Counted from the stretch's first letter, positions 10,665 to 24,733 are shown. The stretch: 64,000 bases of DNA from Isurus oxyrinchus (GCA_026770705.1 JANJGN010000008.1:162316001-162380000); one strand, 5' to 3'. A program made the numbers and translations. Notes: generated by a model from the sequence alone, not told the origin.

Positions 10665-12807
10665 CCTGGATCAATCCTGGTTCAATGAAGAGTGCGGGGG
10701 GTGGGGGGGTGGGGGGGGGGGACATGCCAGGAGCAGCACCAGACAAACCTAAAAATGAGGCGTCAACCTGGTGAAGCTACAACACTGGGCTACTTGCATG
10801 TCAAACAGCGAAAGTAGCAAGTTATGGACAGAGCTAAGCGATCCCACAACTAACAGATCAGGTCCAAGCTCTGCAGTCCTGCCACATCCAGTCGTGAATG
10901 GTGGTGACAAATTAATCAACTCACTGGAGGAGGAGGCATCACAAATATCCCCATCCTCAACGTTCTGTTGAAGGGTCATGAGGACTCGAAACGTCAACTC
11001 TTTTCTTCTCCGCCGATGCTGCCAGACCTGCTGAGTTTTTCCTGGTAATTCTGTTTTTGTTCCCCATCCTCAATGATGGAGGAGCCCAGCACATCAGTGC
11101 AAAAGATAAGGCTGAAGCATTTGCTACAATCTTCAGCCAGAAGTGCCGAATGGATGATCCATCTTGGCCTCCTCCGGAGGTCCCCAGCATCACAGATGCC
11201 AGTCTTTAACCAATTCGATTCACTCCACGTCAAGAAATTGCAGAAGGCGCTGGATACTGCAAAGGCTATGGGCCCTGACGATATTCCAGCAATAGTACTG
11301 AAGACTTGTGCTCCAGAACTTACTGCACCCCTAGCCAAGCTGTGTCAGTACAGCTACAACACTGGCATCTACCCAGTTATGTGGAAAATTGTCCAGGTAT
11401 GTCCTGCACACAAAAAGCAGGACAAATCCAACCTGACCAATTACTGTCCCATTTGTTTACTCTCGATCATCAGTAAACTACTGGAAGGGGTCATCAACAG
11501 TGTTATCAAGTGGCACTTGCTTAGCAATAACTTGCTCACTGATGCCCAGTTTGGGTTCCACCAGGGTCACTCAGCTCCTGACCTCACTACAGCCTTGATT
11601 CAAACATGGACAAAAGAACTGAACTCTCAAGGTGAGGTGAGAGTGACTGCCCTTGACATCAAGGCCGCATTTGACCGAGTGTGGCATCAAGGAGCCCTAG
11701 CAAAACTAGAGTCACTGGGAATCAAAGGAAGACTTTCCGCTGGTTGAAGTCATACCTAGAACAAAGGAAGATGGTTGTGGTTGTTGGAGATCAGTCATCT
11801 CAGCTCCAGGACATGACTGCAGGAGTTCCTCAGGGTAGTGTCCGAGGTCCAACCATCTTCAGCTGCTTCATCAATGACCTTCCTTCCGTCATAAGGTCAG
11901 AAGTGGGGATGTTCGCTGATGATTGCACAATGTTCAGCACCATTTGCGACTCCTCAGATACTGAAGCATGTCAAAATGCAGCAGGATCCGGACAATATCC
12001 AGGCTTGGGCTGACAAGTGGTAAATAACATTCATGCCACACAAGTGCCAGGCAATGACCATCTCCAACAAGAGAAAATCTAACCATCACCCCTTGACGTT
12101 CAATAACATTACCATCACTGAATCCACCACTGTCAATATCCTGGGGCGTTACCATTGACCAGAAACTGAACTGAACGAGCCATATAAATACTGTGGCTAC
12201 AACAGCAGGTCAGAGGCTAGGAATCCTACGATGAGTAACTCATGTTCTGGCTCCCCAAAATCTGTCCATGATCTACAAGGCACAAGTCAGGAGTGTGATG
12301 GAATGCTCCCCACCTGCCTGGATGAGTGCAGCTCCCACAGCACTCAAGAAGCTTGACACTGTCCAGGCCACACAGCCCACTTGATTGGCACCACATCCAC
12401 AAACATTCACTCCCTCCACCACCGACGCAACTTAGCAGCAGTGTGTACCATCTACAAGATGCACTGCAGGAATTCACCAAGGCTCCTTAGACAGCACCTT
12501 CCAAACCCACGACCTCTACCATCTAAAAGGACAATGGCAGCAGATAGATGGGAACACCACCACTTGGAAGTTCCCCTCCAAGTCACTCACTATCCTGACT
12601 TGGAAATATGTCACCGTTCCTTCACTGTCGCTGGGTCAAAATCCTGGAACTCCCTCCCTAACAGCACTGAGGGTCTACCTACGCCACAGGGACTGCAGTG
12701 GTTCAAGAAGGCAGCTCACCAGCAACTTCTCAAGGGCAACTAGGGATGGGCAATAAATGCTGGCCTGGCCAGCGAAGCCCACATCCCTTGAATGAATAAA
12801 AAAAAAA
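10665..12807 (+). mobile_element. HER1-like non-LTR retrotransposon (CR1/L2 group), 5'-truncated, frameshifted RT
   Basis: ORFs 11073-11747 (KAMGPDDIP, QFGF, LDIKAAFDRVWH) and 11681-12013 (GVPQGSV, FADD); ends GAATGAATAAAAAAAAA. Confidence 0.92.
10961..11060 (+). mobile_element. PLE mini-element nested in the LINE
   Basis: 13-bp TSD TCCCCATCCTCAA at 10948-10960 and 11061-11073; starts at hammerhead stem I. Confidence 0.9.
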
Positions 12808-13079
12808 CCAAAAGACGGTGTCAATGGTGAAACGCTACGTGCTAATCCTTCAGCCCCAATCTCCCTGCCTCCCACAGGGGGACCTCACTTTGTGCTGCAG
12901 GGACTTAGAAGCTTGGATAAGAATTGGACAAAACTTATCCAGCTAGTTGTTCAATTTTTGACCTTCTGCTAATAGTCAAGAACAGTTTTTTTCTGCTACC
13001 TGGTTAGCTTGATTCACAAGACAATTAAAATGAGACTAGTCAAACTCACCTGAGTGCTGACTGAGAAATATTCCACTCC

Positions 13080-13718
13080 GAGGCTGGAATCTTACAACCC
13101 CCTGGGTGACAGGTGGGCTGAAGGGGTCTGTAAAGTTGGGCGTACGCCAGCAGCACCGTTCTGGGCACCTACCCATGCCTGCTGAAATTTTACCAGCAAC
13201 CCTGGAGGTGTTAGATGGCCCACTTCCCCTTGGGCCAAGTGAGGTCCTTAAGCGGCCTACAAATGGCCAGTTAAGACCTTCCTCTACCATTGCAAGGATT
13301 ATTTCCAGCAGTGGGGAGGCTGGCACTGTGCCCAGCCAGGCAGATGAAACCTGGAGGACTGGTGGCCGGGCAAGGGAAGACCGCCTTTTTTGGGCCTTTG
13401 TGTCACTGGAGGCCGCCCCCACCCCGCCAACCCACCACACATCACGTTTCCTCTCCCACCATGCCCTGTCAACTCTGATGCTTCCCCCCCACCACCCTCA
13501 CCACATCCTGCCAGCCTGGCCCCAGTGAGACCCTGGACTTTTGTCTGGGTTGCATCGCTTTGCTTCCCCCCTCTTTGTTCCAGCAATGGCCACCTCACCT
13601 GGTGGCGCTGCTGGGACACGAGAGCTGCCATCACTCTGGCTGCAGGGTGAGCCGGCCAAGCGGAAGCAGACCTGCCCCCGGACTTTATGCCCCCACTCCC
13701 AAGGTAAAGCTCGGCACC
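13080..13718. mobile_element. Degenerate GC-rich non-autonomous DNA transposon (Harbinger-like MITE)
   Basis: GC-rich island with degenerate TIR-like ends (AGGCTGGAATCTTAC / GTAAAGCTCGGCAC); internal similarity to 62760-62950. Confidence 0.45.
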
Positions 13719-16700
13719 TGGCTTCATCATTCAGTTTTGTAAACATGCGACAAATGTGAGAGAAATTGTCATGACCTTGATGCTTGGGAGGATGTTTGCT
13801 CACTGGAGCTGGTTTGCAGATCAGCCATGATCTTATTGACAGGTGGAACAGGTCGAAAAGGCCTACTCCTGCTTTGACCTTTTTATCAATTTGGCTTTCT
13901 TAACAATTTCGAACACTGATTCTTGTTTTGCGAAGGCAGAATACACATGTTGAGTGACATTTTATGAAGCACTTTAACATTCAGCAGCCTTCACAGTTAC
14001 TTCTCTCAAGTCATAAATCAATTTTTGTATTCTCTATGTATTAATCTGAATTCATGTGTGATTTAGGAAATTGACAACCTAATTAATTTAGACAAAGGAC
14101 AGTAGCAAATGAAGCCGGGTTATAGAGTGAATCTGCTCAATTGGAAATCCTTACTAAGTAAATAACCATCATAAAATAACCTAAAGTGAAGTAAAACATT
14201 GTTGCAGATGGAATGTAACCCAGACCAAGACCAGTTATCAATCATGAGTTCCATTGTCAGAAGTGAGCTGTAGCCAGCATAAAACAGGCATACAGATCAT
14301 GATAGAATATTTCATCCAAATCGAGAAACTTAACTGTAAAGTTGTGCAAATCCACTGATTTCAGAAGTGTCTGCATTTCAGATCTAGGGATAATGCAGCC
14401 AATTAAAACCAGATAGGTATCTCCAAAATTATTGTTCCTCACTACATCACTGTCAAGACTTTTTGGTTAATAGGCAAGTTATGTTTCTTTAATTCAATAG
14501 CGTGCCTAATATTTACTTTCCAAACAGGGTTACTTCAGGAGTACTGTAGCAAAAAGAAAACAGGAAGTTTTCAAAATAAGTTGTAACTTTACAATAAAAA
14601 CCCAAACAAATATAATTATCTTCAAAATATCTGCACTCAGAATTAAGCATCAGAAACATTTATGGCAGAGACGGAGAGAGGGAGGGACAGAGAGAGAAAG
14701 AAAGAGATATGGAAGCAGGGAGATAATGTTTAAGTGATTACAACACTGTCCTCTCTAGCAGGGAATGATTGATGGGGACAATAAAACAAATAACTATGCT
14801 ACAAAGTGCAAATCTGGCCTTGAGAATACAGTGTAAATATCCCTGGGCTACTAATTACTATAATCTGTTAGAAGGATGTATTAGCGGATGTTTTCAGAGG
14901 CAGATAACGTGTTGAAAACCTCAAACTCCAACTGACGTAAGAACGTTTTTTGTTTTTTGTTGATATTGTAGGGTGAAGACCTTTGTATAATGTGCATCCT
15001 TCACACCACATAGATACTGCAGGGAAAACAGATTATACCTTATCCACCTTGGAGGAGAAACAATCAACTTTACTGTTCAGCTGCACCCATTTCAGTTTCT
15101 CCTGTCATCTGATAGAGCAGCAGGATGAGGCAGGGGATTTTTGCATTGACAAATTTTGAAGAGCACAGAAGAAGGCCATTCAGCCCAGCAGCGCCATGCT
15201 GGCACCCCTCTTCACCTAACCCCTTCAACATATCGCATTCCTTTTTCCCTCATGTGCATATCTCATTTCTTGTTGAATGTATCCGTGCCATTCGCCTCAA
15301 CTACTCCTTGTGGTTTCAAGTTCCACAATTCCAGCCACTTTCTTGGTAAAGATATTCTCACTATATATATATATATGTGGCAGATTATGTTAGAATGAAA
15401 CATGTTAGAATGTACTTTCCTTCTGCTTAAACTAAACTTTCCAGTGTGCTCAAAAACTGCTATTTCATTACTTTGGAAAAAGCTGATGAGCGCAAATCAT
15501 GTAATAATTTATAACTATGTGTATAAAGCAGAAGTCATAAAATTATGAACTTAATTCCATGTAAAGTCCTTTCTTTCCAAGTATCTTCACAGAAAACTTT
15601 AAATAAAAACGTGCTTTTTCTTTGGAATTGTGACCCAGGACTGGATTTCACATGCTTTGAATTCAGAAGATAAAATGATTACAAAGATACCCATCAATGC
15701 AGAATATCAGCAATGATAAAGTGCCACAAATAAGGACAACATCCTGATTTCGCTGCTTAAAAATTTCAAATTTGTCATTTACTGGGGCAGTTGGAAGGTA
15801 GATAGATTGTTACTATATTCCCCACAGTTATTTTAACCTTGGCCGATTTTTCTCTTGCAACTGTTTATCCAGATGTGAAGTAATCATTAAACAGCTGCAT
15901 GCAATTAGTTCAGGTGAAGCAGCCAACAAAGCTTCAAATCCACGTAGCACTTGGAAGGACAGAAGAAAGAAATTGGAATTTTATTGAAGGTTCATTACGC
16001 ACAGTCTCTCCCAAAATAAAAGCGGCAGACAGACTGGATGCTACACTGCAAATTTTCTATTATGATTATTCAAAGGAAGTAGTTTTCGTGCCAAAATACC
16101 ATGCTTGAAGAGGACTATGCCATTGTGCCTGCTCATAACCTGGAAGCTGACTCTGCAAAATTCGGAAATAATACTCCAAGCTTACAAGTACCAGATGAAC
16201 CACACCTGGTGAACATCATTAGCAAATTAGCACTTATTCGTAAAGGCCAGAACGTTTACCTCTCTTGATCTCTTCCTCTTGGTATTATGTAAGACCCAAT
16301 TGCTATTTTAGTCAGTGAACCCCCAAGATGAAGTCAATTGTGGGCTACCAAAAGGCGGAGAGTGGCATTAGGTGAACTGCTCCTTCGGAGAACCAGCACT
16401 GATACATTGGGCCGAATGCCCCCTTCTGCGCTGTGCCTATTCTATGATTAATTTTGTCACTCATTAGGAACCTATACAAAAGTACAATTTGATTTCGATG
16501 TATTCCCCTTTTCCATATCCTATTTATTTGGGTTTTAGCATAACTGATGGATCACACTAATTTATTGTTCCCAATATTGAACTGATTAAAAATGATAACA
16601 TAATGTTTCAAAGTTCATTTGCATAAACACTTATTTTTCTTCCAATATGGAACATTCTTTTATATGCTACCATCATCATATAAATGTAAGCAGCATTATT

Positions 16701-16934
16701 ACCCTTTCCAATACAATCAGTCTGGTGAAGCTTGGTGGGATGCGAACTGTGTTAGGTATAAGCTCTATTCAAACACATCTGATGAGCAAGTACAACCTTA
16801 TCCTTACCTAATTCTCCAATATGTTTTTTCAGTCCCCACTCACTCGCTGCAATGGAGCCAAGCTTCCCATGAGGGTTATATTAGCTGGCACGCTAAAAAC
16901 AAGATCCCTCAAGCTAATAATCCCTACACCAAAT

Positions 16935-17354
16935 GCATAACGTGCCACGTCTCAAGCCAGAATGTTAGGGACTCAAGTCTCACTCCAGAGCCTTGAGCAC
17001 AGAATCTAAACCGACAGTGCAGTAACTCAGGAAGAGTGGCACAATTGGAGATCCCATCTTTCCAAGGCCCCATCTCAGGTGGATGTAAAACATCCCATGG
17101 AGGTATTTCAAGGGAGCAAGGGAGTTTTCCCTCAGTTCTGGCCCACATTTATCCATTTACCAGCATTACTAACACAGATTATCTAGTTAATATCACACCA
17201 CTACCTGGGGACATTGCCATGTGCCAGCTGACTGCACTGGTTTCCTACAGTACAATATTGACTACACTTCAAAAGCACTTAATTGACTGTAAAGCGCTTT
17301 GGGACTTCCTGAGGTTGTGGAATGCACGATAGAAGTGCAAATTCCCTTCTTTTG
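16935..17354 (+). mobile_element. DeuSINE (SacSINE1-like), near full length
   Basis: Degenerate B-box GGGACTCAAGTCTCACTCC, Deu core GGATGTAAAACATCCCATGG..GGGAGTTTTCCC, L2-type tail CTGTAAAGCGCTTTGGGAC. Confidence 0.7.
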
Positions 17355-18439
17355 GTGTTGTCTCATTTATATTGCAGCATTACTGTCAAAATTCAGGGTG
17401 CCACCTATAGCAGCACTAAAAGATAAATTCAGCACCTAGTGTTTCATACAAACTTAATTGAGCAAAAGGCGCCCCAGTGAATCAGTTACTGTAAAAGATT
17501 GGTGAAAGAATTTAGCTGTCCAGATTAATCATAAGTTTTTTTAAAAATGATGTAATTAATTCGAGCACTATAAGCACTGGCTGTGCTTAAATAAACAAAC
17601 AGATTGTTTAAACAAAAAAAGAACTTATTAAGACTTTAAACTTTATCCGCAGCTAAATGATGCCAGCGGATGTTTTTTTTGCCAGTGTGACATTGGAGTG
17701 AACAAGCTAACAGGGTCTCCACTGCCAAACTCATGCCAAAGCACAAGCTATGCCAGGGAAACTCTGGCATGAACCTGGTAATGTAAACCGTGCAAAATGA
17801 GTTTGCTCTTATGAGCTAAGTGCTGCTCCATTACACAGAAGAGTGCCTGGCCCAATGTGATGAAAAGGGACATCATTCTTCTAAGTTGCTTTCAGCTAAA
17901 ACACTTTGAGCAGGGCAGTTAATCCTTGTGTTAGTCAAGATTTCAAAACTCTCAACAATTAAAAACAAAGATTTATGCCTTAAACATGAGGGTTTCATCT
18001 TTGACATTCTCCTGCCTATTTACAAAGTCTGTGAGAAACCTATACTGAAAAATTTAGTTTTAACTTTTGAAAGTATTCCCCTGGCCTGCAGTACTTAGTT
18101 TTTAATATGAATTTCAGGAATTATATAAACAGACTAAAAACTAATCCGAGGGGACAGGCTGAAGACTTTCCAATTGATCTCAAATGTAAACTAAAGAAGG
18201 AGACTGTCTCTTCAAATGTATTACTTTGAAACAGCAATGGCAGCGACAGCTGTGGTATTAATAAAAGGCGCATTATGGATAACATCAAAGCAGATGTAAA
18301 TACAAAACAATTCTGTTGTATTTATATCACACGGAAGTGCTTTAAATGTAAGTTGTCGTGTGTGTCTTGGTTCCAAGTGCTGGAATCCGTCCCATTGACC
18401 AAAGGCGGTCAGCAACTGATTGGCATAAATCATAACTGT

Positions 18440-19095
18440 AACTTATGAACATGCGAATTAGGAGCAGGAATAGGCTGATCGACCCCTCGAGCCTACTCTG
18501 CCATTCAACAAGGTCATGGCTGATCTCATTGTAACCTCAATCCCACCTTCCTGCCTACCCCCAATAACCTTTCACCCCCTTGCTTATCAAGCATTCATCT
18601 AGCTCTGCCTTAAAATTATTCAAAGATTCTGCTTCTACCACCTTTTGAGGAAGAGAGTTCCAAAGACTCATGACCCTATGAAAAAATTTCTCCTCACCTG
18701 TCTTAAATGAGCAACCCTTTATTTTAAAACAGTGACCCTTATTTCTAGATTCTTCCAAAAGAGCAAACATCCTCTCCGCATCCACTCTGTCAAGACCCCT
18801 CAGGATCGCAAAGGTTTCAATTAAGTCGCCTTTCACTCTTCCAACTCCAGTGGATACAAGCCAAACCTGTCCAGCCTTTCCTCATAAGACATCTTGCCCA
18901 TTCCTGGCATTAGTCTAGTTAACCTTCTCTAAACTGCTTTCAATGTATTTACATCTTTCCTTAAATAAGGAGACCATTATTGTACACAATAATCCAGATG
19001 TGGTCTCACCAGTGCCCTGGACAACTGAAGCATAACCTCCCTACTTTTGTAATCAATTCCTCTCACAATAAACGATAACATTCTATTAGATTTCT
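18440..19095 (-). mobile_element. CR1 LINE 3' fragment
   Basis: ORF 18555-18836 (KGDLIETFAILRGLDRVDAERMF...RVMSLWNSLP) is the CR1 ORF2 C-terminus; CR1 3' UTR near 18450. Confidence 0.9.
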
Positions 19096-19209
19096 GGCTG
19101 TAAACCATCCTCAGATGGCCACAGAAGACCCATACAGGTGAGAAATGGGGAAAATGAAACTATTGATGGTTCCCCCTGCCTACAGCTTCCTGCTTCCAGG
19201 TCTATTCAG

Positions 19210-19540
19210 CTTAAGCCAGTTACAGCCACTCTTGCCTCTACGCCAGAAGGTTGCGGGTTCACGTACTTGTCCACTTGGGTTTGGAAAGGCTGTATTGTTG
19301 GAGCTGATCATCAACAGATAAGATAATATACCAAGGTCTTTTCTCCCTGCTTTTGGTTTTCAAATGGATTTGAAGACGCCATAGCATAATGTGAGGAACA
19401 GCAGGCTGCTTAGCCCCTTTCCTGCCAAGATTGCTTCCCCAATTAACACCTCCAAAAACCGGTCAACTGCCTCATTCATGATTATTTGTGGGATCTTGCT
19501 GTGCACCAAACAACTACAGTCCTTGCCTACCTGAGAATTT
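19210..19540 (+). mobile_element. Degenerate DeuSINE-like copy
   Basis: CACTCTTGCCTC..CAGAAGGTTGCGGGTTCA head; TTTGTGGGATCTTGCTGTGCAC core. Confidence 0.5.
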
Positions 19541-19789
19541 AGTGTGTTAATTACACATTAATTGTTTTCAATTATATGCAGGCTGTGGGCATTAATTGGG
19601 CACATATAAAGAAGAATTTACTGAAGCTGTGATTAAGTTAGGAGGTGTATGATGTAATCTTTCACTCTGGGAATAAATGTTAGACTAAGTAAAGTTTGGC
19701 TCCCATACTATCTTTCACCAACTAGCTTTCCTGATTGTAACACACTGTACTTCAGAATAGTTCAATGTTTACAAGCGAGGTATTTGGAC

Positions 19790-20150
19790 ACCCCCCAATG
19801 GTCTGTAGTTCTTCACCCACACAATCAATCTTCATACGTGAACACGGACAATGAGTGTCAGCAGGTTATTTGTGGAGGGTGTCATAATCATGGTATTCCT
19901 TGTGAAGGTGAAAGTTGCCATAGTCCTAGCTCTGCCTTAAAATTATTCAAAGATTCTGCTGTTCTCTCATTAGAGAGTTATGATTGGCAGTGAGTTTAAC
20001 TTGATGATCACCCCATCTCAGGTGAGGTGTATGCTTGAAAAGGTGGGGCCTTCATGGATGACTTCAGCCAGTATGGGAATTGAACACGCGCTGTTGGCAT
20101 AACTCTGCATTACAAACCAGGCATCCAGCCAACTGAGCTAACCAACCCCA
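19790..20150 (-). mobile_element. tRNA-derived SINE containing a 35-nt captured CR1 piece
   Basis: rc tRNA head GGGAATTGAAC...CAACTGAGCTAACC at 20075-20143. Confidence 0.55.
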
Positions 20151-20229
20151 AACTCTTGTACTTGCCAGGCATATACACAGGAGACAATTGGGATCACTGT
20201 ATAGCACTCAGAAACACCTGATATTTCCT

Positions 20230-21375
20230 TAAACTATTAATGTGCTCTGGGTTCTGTCTAACCCAGTATGTAAGAAGCCCATCAAGGGTGGATTCACCAC
20301 AGGAAATGGTAATGGGGAATGAATAGGAGCAGGTAAGAGAAGTAAAGGTAGGGGAACATTTAGACAATAGTGACCATAACACAATATGGATTAGGGTAAT
20401 AACTGAGAAAGCAAGCATCATGAAGTACAGGGTAACAGATTTCAGAAATCCAATTTTTAGGGTCTGGAATATAACATAGGAAAATAAATGGCCATCATCG
20501 TTTGTCAATGATGTAGAACAACAATGGAAACATTTGAAAAGGTCCTCAGAGTCCAGGAAAAATATATTCCACAAAGAATAAAGGATGAATAAAGGCATAA
20601 GGGAAAAATTGAGGCTAAGGAAAGGGACATACAATAAGTACATAGATCACAGAGGACAGCATGACCAGGAAGAATTTGAAGAGACGAGGAGAGAATTTAA
20701 AAAATAGGAAAGCAAGGAAGAATGCTGAAATTAAATTATTAAGGAACACAAAACAAAATAGTTATTTATCTGCCTGCAGAATATTTTAAGAAAGGAAAGT
20801 TGGGATGGAAATAGGGCCACAAAGGGATGGACAGAATAAAGTCATAGGCTTCAATAGCAAAATGGCAGACATATTAAATAATTATTTTGTTCCAGTATTT
20901 GCCGGAGAGGTGGATCAGGTGGACATGGCACCGTAAGATGAGATTAGAAGTCATATAATAGCAATTAAAATAAAATAAAATTAAACTAACCAAACTTTTA
21001 AGAGGGCAATTTCTAAATTTGCACATGACACCAAATTGGGGGGATATTTAACACTGAAGAGGGCTGAAACAAAATGCAAGACCACAATAATAAGCTTGCA
21101 GGATGGGTAAATGAATTCCATCACAGAGGAATTTGAGATATTACATTTTGCTGACTCAAGTAAGGAGCTCACATATTACTAGGAACATAAGAATCTAACT
21201 GGGATAGAAGAATAAAGGGATCTCAGAGTACTGATACACAAATCACTGTAAGTAGTGGCACACATTAATGAGGCCATAAAACTACATGACAAGAACTAGG
21301 ATTTATTTCTCGAGGGATATAACGAACAGTAGAGAAGTTGTGCAAAACTTGTATCAAACCATGATTAGATTATAT
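20230..21375 (+). mobile_element. Old fragmented CR1 ORF2 remnant
   Basis: Remnants EHLDNSDHN (20355), DFRNPIF, SKFAHDTKLGG (21012) and RDLRVLIHKSL. Confidence 0.7.
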
Positions 21376-21399
21376 CTAAAACTATGTCCCTACAAACAA

Positions 21400-21526
21400 T
21401 GTAAAAGCAAAATACTGCGGATGCTGGAAATCTGAAACAAAAACAGAAAATGCTGGAAAAACCCAGCAGGTCTAACAGCATCTGTGCGGAGAAAAACAGA
21501 GCTAACGTGTCAAGTCCGTATGACCT
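21400..21526 (-). mobile_element. PLE terminal-repeat fragment, older subfamily
   Basis: rc of the repeat with tail; TSD TACAAACAA at 21391-21399 and 21527-21535. Confidence 0.8.
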
Positions 21527-22769
21527 TACAAACAAATAGGGCACATCACAGCAGAAAATAATGAAAGTGCTGTAAAGTGCTTTGAGACGCCCGGCGGTCA
21601 TGAAAGTGCTACATAAATGCAAGCCTTTCTTTGGAACCCACCAACAGTTATCGTTCGTAGCACTGTCTGGCCTGATTTCACTTCACAGGACTGCTACGAA
21701 CGGAAGTTTATTTTATACTTCAAATAGAAATACTTGAAGCAAAAGAAATAACTATATGGGCACGTAGAATTATTTTAACAGAATTTTCCCTGAAGCTGTA
21801 CTGCATGAACCGGACCCTCTGGTCACACTGGAACTGTGCGCTATTCATCTCCCCCACTCATTATGTCAAGAAAAAAAAACTGAATCCAGCAAGATCCGGC
21901 TGTCTATTGACTGTAAAAAAAAACACAGAAATTTAAAGAATGCATTCCTGGGTTCCACATTTTCCAACACCAAAAGACAGATGTTACGTGTGAATCCTCT
22001 GTGCAGCACACTTTTTATCACTGTTCCGCCCTTTATTTCTAAGGTGTGCACAAAGGCATGTTTATAGCATTGGCACAATATCATGCCTACCCATCTCACC
22101 TGTCACTCATTTCAATAAATTCTTCTCAGATAAAATCATTTGCATCAAAGCTTAGCGGAAAAGCAGATGAGTAATTCTGATCTCATAGTTGGCCCTTCTC
22201 AGGAAACAAAGAGGGTGTCAAAAAGATTGAAGAGTTTTGTTCATATCTGTGAACGTATAGCTCGAGGTATTCAACTACGAGTTAGTCTCTGTTTGTTTTC
22301 ATACACGCGGATGCTATTTTTTTTACAACTATTCGGGGGGTTTTTTTGTGGCTGGGATGGGGAAGGGGTTCTCCACCCTCTCCTCTCTCCTGGAGGCAAA
22401 CAATTCCATGGATATGTATGGTCCTTCAGTACCTCAAGGAAAGGGGTTTTCCTTGTTTTATGTGTGGGTACATATGAAACTGATAGGCTGAGAAAGACCA
22501 GCAGGCCCATCGGACTGCCCAACACTGCCTCCACCCCACCCCTCTCACCTCCCAAACATGATGACTGGACGTGTTCCACACACTGAAGCAATGTAATCTC
22601 CTGGGACAGACAAAATAAAAGTTAGGGACAAACCTCGGGCCAAAAAGGGGAAAATATACTTTGGGAAAACCCCTCTCCGGATCCCTCACGGGATCAACTC
22701 CTATCCAGGCAATCACATGGAAAGAGCCACCGCCAAGGACACTTGGGTCTGAATCTTCTGGTTGGCTTG

Positions 22770-23370
22770 TGGGGGTGGGCCCCACTGACCGATGCGTAAA
22801 ATGACACTCATTGACCTCAGGTGTGCGTCCCCACGGTATCATTCCCATCTTTAGTTCGGTGCGCGCGCACTGGAGTCGGCTGCGCGAAAGTCAATTGAAA
22901 TCATTAACAGGGCTGCCCATTCAACCTTAAGGTTGGCGGGCGTGAAAGAGCGCAGGCGGCCTTCGCATTTCTCGTGAAACCTCATCCACAGGCGGGATGA
23001 GGTTTCATGAAGGCTTTATAAATTAAATTAAAAAATTTTTTACTGAAACACAAACATGTCCCAGCTCATGTGACACCGTCACATGAGGGGACATGTTGGA
23101 GTCATTTTTTAAATTTTTCTTTCCATTTTTCACGACGAAATTAATCTCCCTGAGGTAGTTCTGTGCATCAGGGAAGACTTCTGCGCTCTTTTGCACGCAT
23201 ACGCAAATGAGTGCAGGCATTGTCTCCCTCCTCCCCTCGCCCACACAGGGAACGCTGAGCACTTCCCAGTGTGCGCCACGCTGGGTGGGCCTTAATTGGC
23301 CCGCCCACGTAAAATGGCGGCGCACAGCCAATTGCGGGCGCCGATCGGCTGCGTGCCCGTCCACGCCCAT
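22770..23370 (+). mobile_element. Multi-hairpin GC-rich MITE, copy 1
   Basis: Colinear with 47880-48453 and rc of 52082-52784; internal hairpins at 22972-23010, 23053-23097, ~23144-23175 and 23283-23306. Confidence 0.75.
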
Positions 23371-24619
23371 TCACCCACTCCCCTTGTTCTCTGTATGATG
23401 CAATCTCTGAGCCAGATCTCTCTTGAAGGCAGGTACACAGAGTCAATGTCAATGCCTTTCAGAAGTGCACAATCCTTTGGGAAAAGATCAAATACATCCA
23501 GTCTATTCCTACTCTGACATAGCGTGAACATTTAAATGCTTCACCAATCAAGGGCCCTGCTGCTCACATTCTCACCAACATCCATCCAAGCACAGTTTTA
23601 AGAATGGGTCATTGGTTAGTAACCAGGGGCAGTTGGAATCTGGCTGGTTTTACCCTGCCTTCAACGCAGGGCCATTGAAACCAATTATCATCAGCGGCTG
23701 CCCCAACAGAGATCAGCCCATTCAGCACATAACCAGGGCAGTGATCACAAGTCGATTAAGACAAGGACGGAAAACCCCTTGAGGCAAAACTTCAATCCCT
23801 TCTATTTGGCAACAATCACACTCCCAGAGGATCATAGTGATTCAACCTGTGGTGGTTTCGTGTAAGTGCGGCTGTGCCTGTGTGTGAAAATGATAGTCCG
23901 ACTGAAAGAGTTCCCTTCGTTTTTAAAAAATGACAATGGTTGCACTTTTCGTTCCATGACTCAGTCCTTAAAGTGCTTTTTGTGTCTGTCAAAGCTGTTT
24001 GACATTTACAAGGGCTGTTCTTCACTCCAGGTTTTTCTTCAACACTCCCGCCAGTTGCAGTTTCAGATTTGGAGGAGGTCAGTGCACGATGAGCAATAGC
24101 CACAAAATAATAAGTCGCTTATTTTTTTCTCCCTTCCTTCGGGTGTGGACATCACATGCTGGGGTTCAAATTATGGGAGCTCGAATCTTCAACTTAACAG
24201 TCCCCAACCTTTTTAAACAGTCCCAGGTTTATTCCTAATTACGGCTATGGTTAATTTCTACCAAGAAAACAATGTTGGCGAGATCCCCGATTCTGAATTG
24301 AACTCTGTCCGCTGGGAGTGTGTGTTGGCCACGTCTACCTTAAACCCTAAGCTCAGCTGTTTTTGCCCAGACTAGAAAACGTTTCACAGTTAAGAGATTT
24401 AGTGCATTCTGAACGCATGACAAGGGTACAGGAAATTCCCAAGTGCAGGAAATATCCAAGAGGCTCAACAAACCAGTTGAGACTTTTTAAACTTGTCTCA
24501 ATGCTGGGCCTATACACCACACAGTTTCAGTGAGTTGGCCACTGGGGGAGGACTCAACACCTGGCTTCATTGTCCTCAGGGCTCAGATTGGGATCAGGTT
24601 TGGGAGTGATATTATAATA

Positions 24620-24733
24620 ATAACAAAAAGCAGAAAACAGTATAAAAACAGAAAATGCTGGAAAAACTCAGCAGGTCTGGCAGCATCTGTGGAGAGAGAA
24701 ACAGGGTTAATGCTTGACTCTTCTTCAGAGCTG
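24620..24733 (-). mobile_element. Old PLE terminal-repeat fragment with canonical hammerhead core start
   Basis: rc reads CAGCT-CTGAAGA-A-GAGTC... with the 3' half of the ribozyme deleted, followed by the PLE repeat body. Confidence 0.7.
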
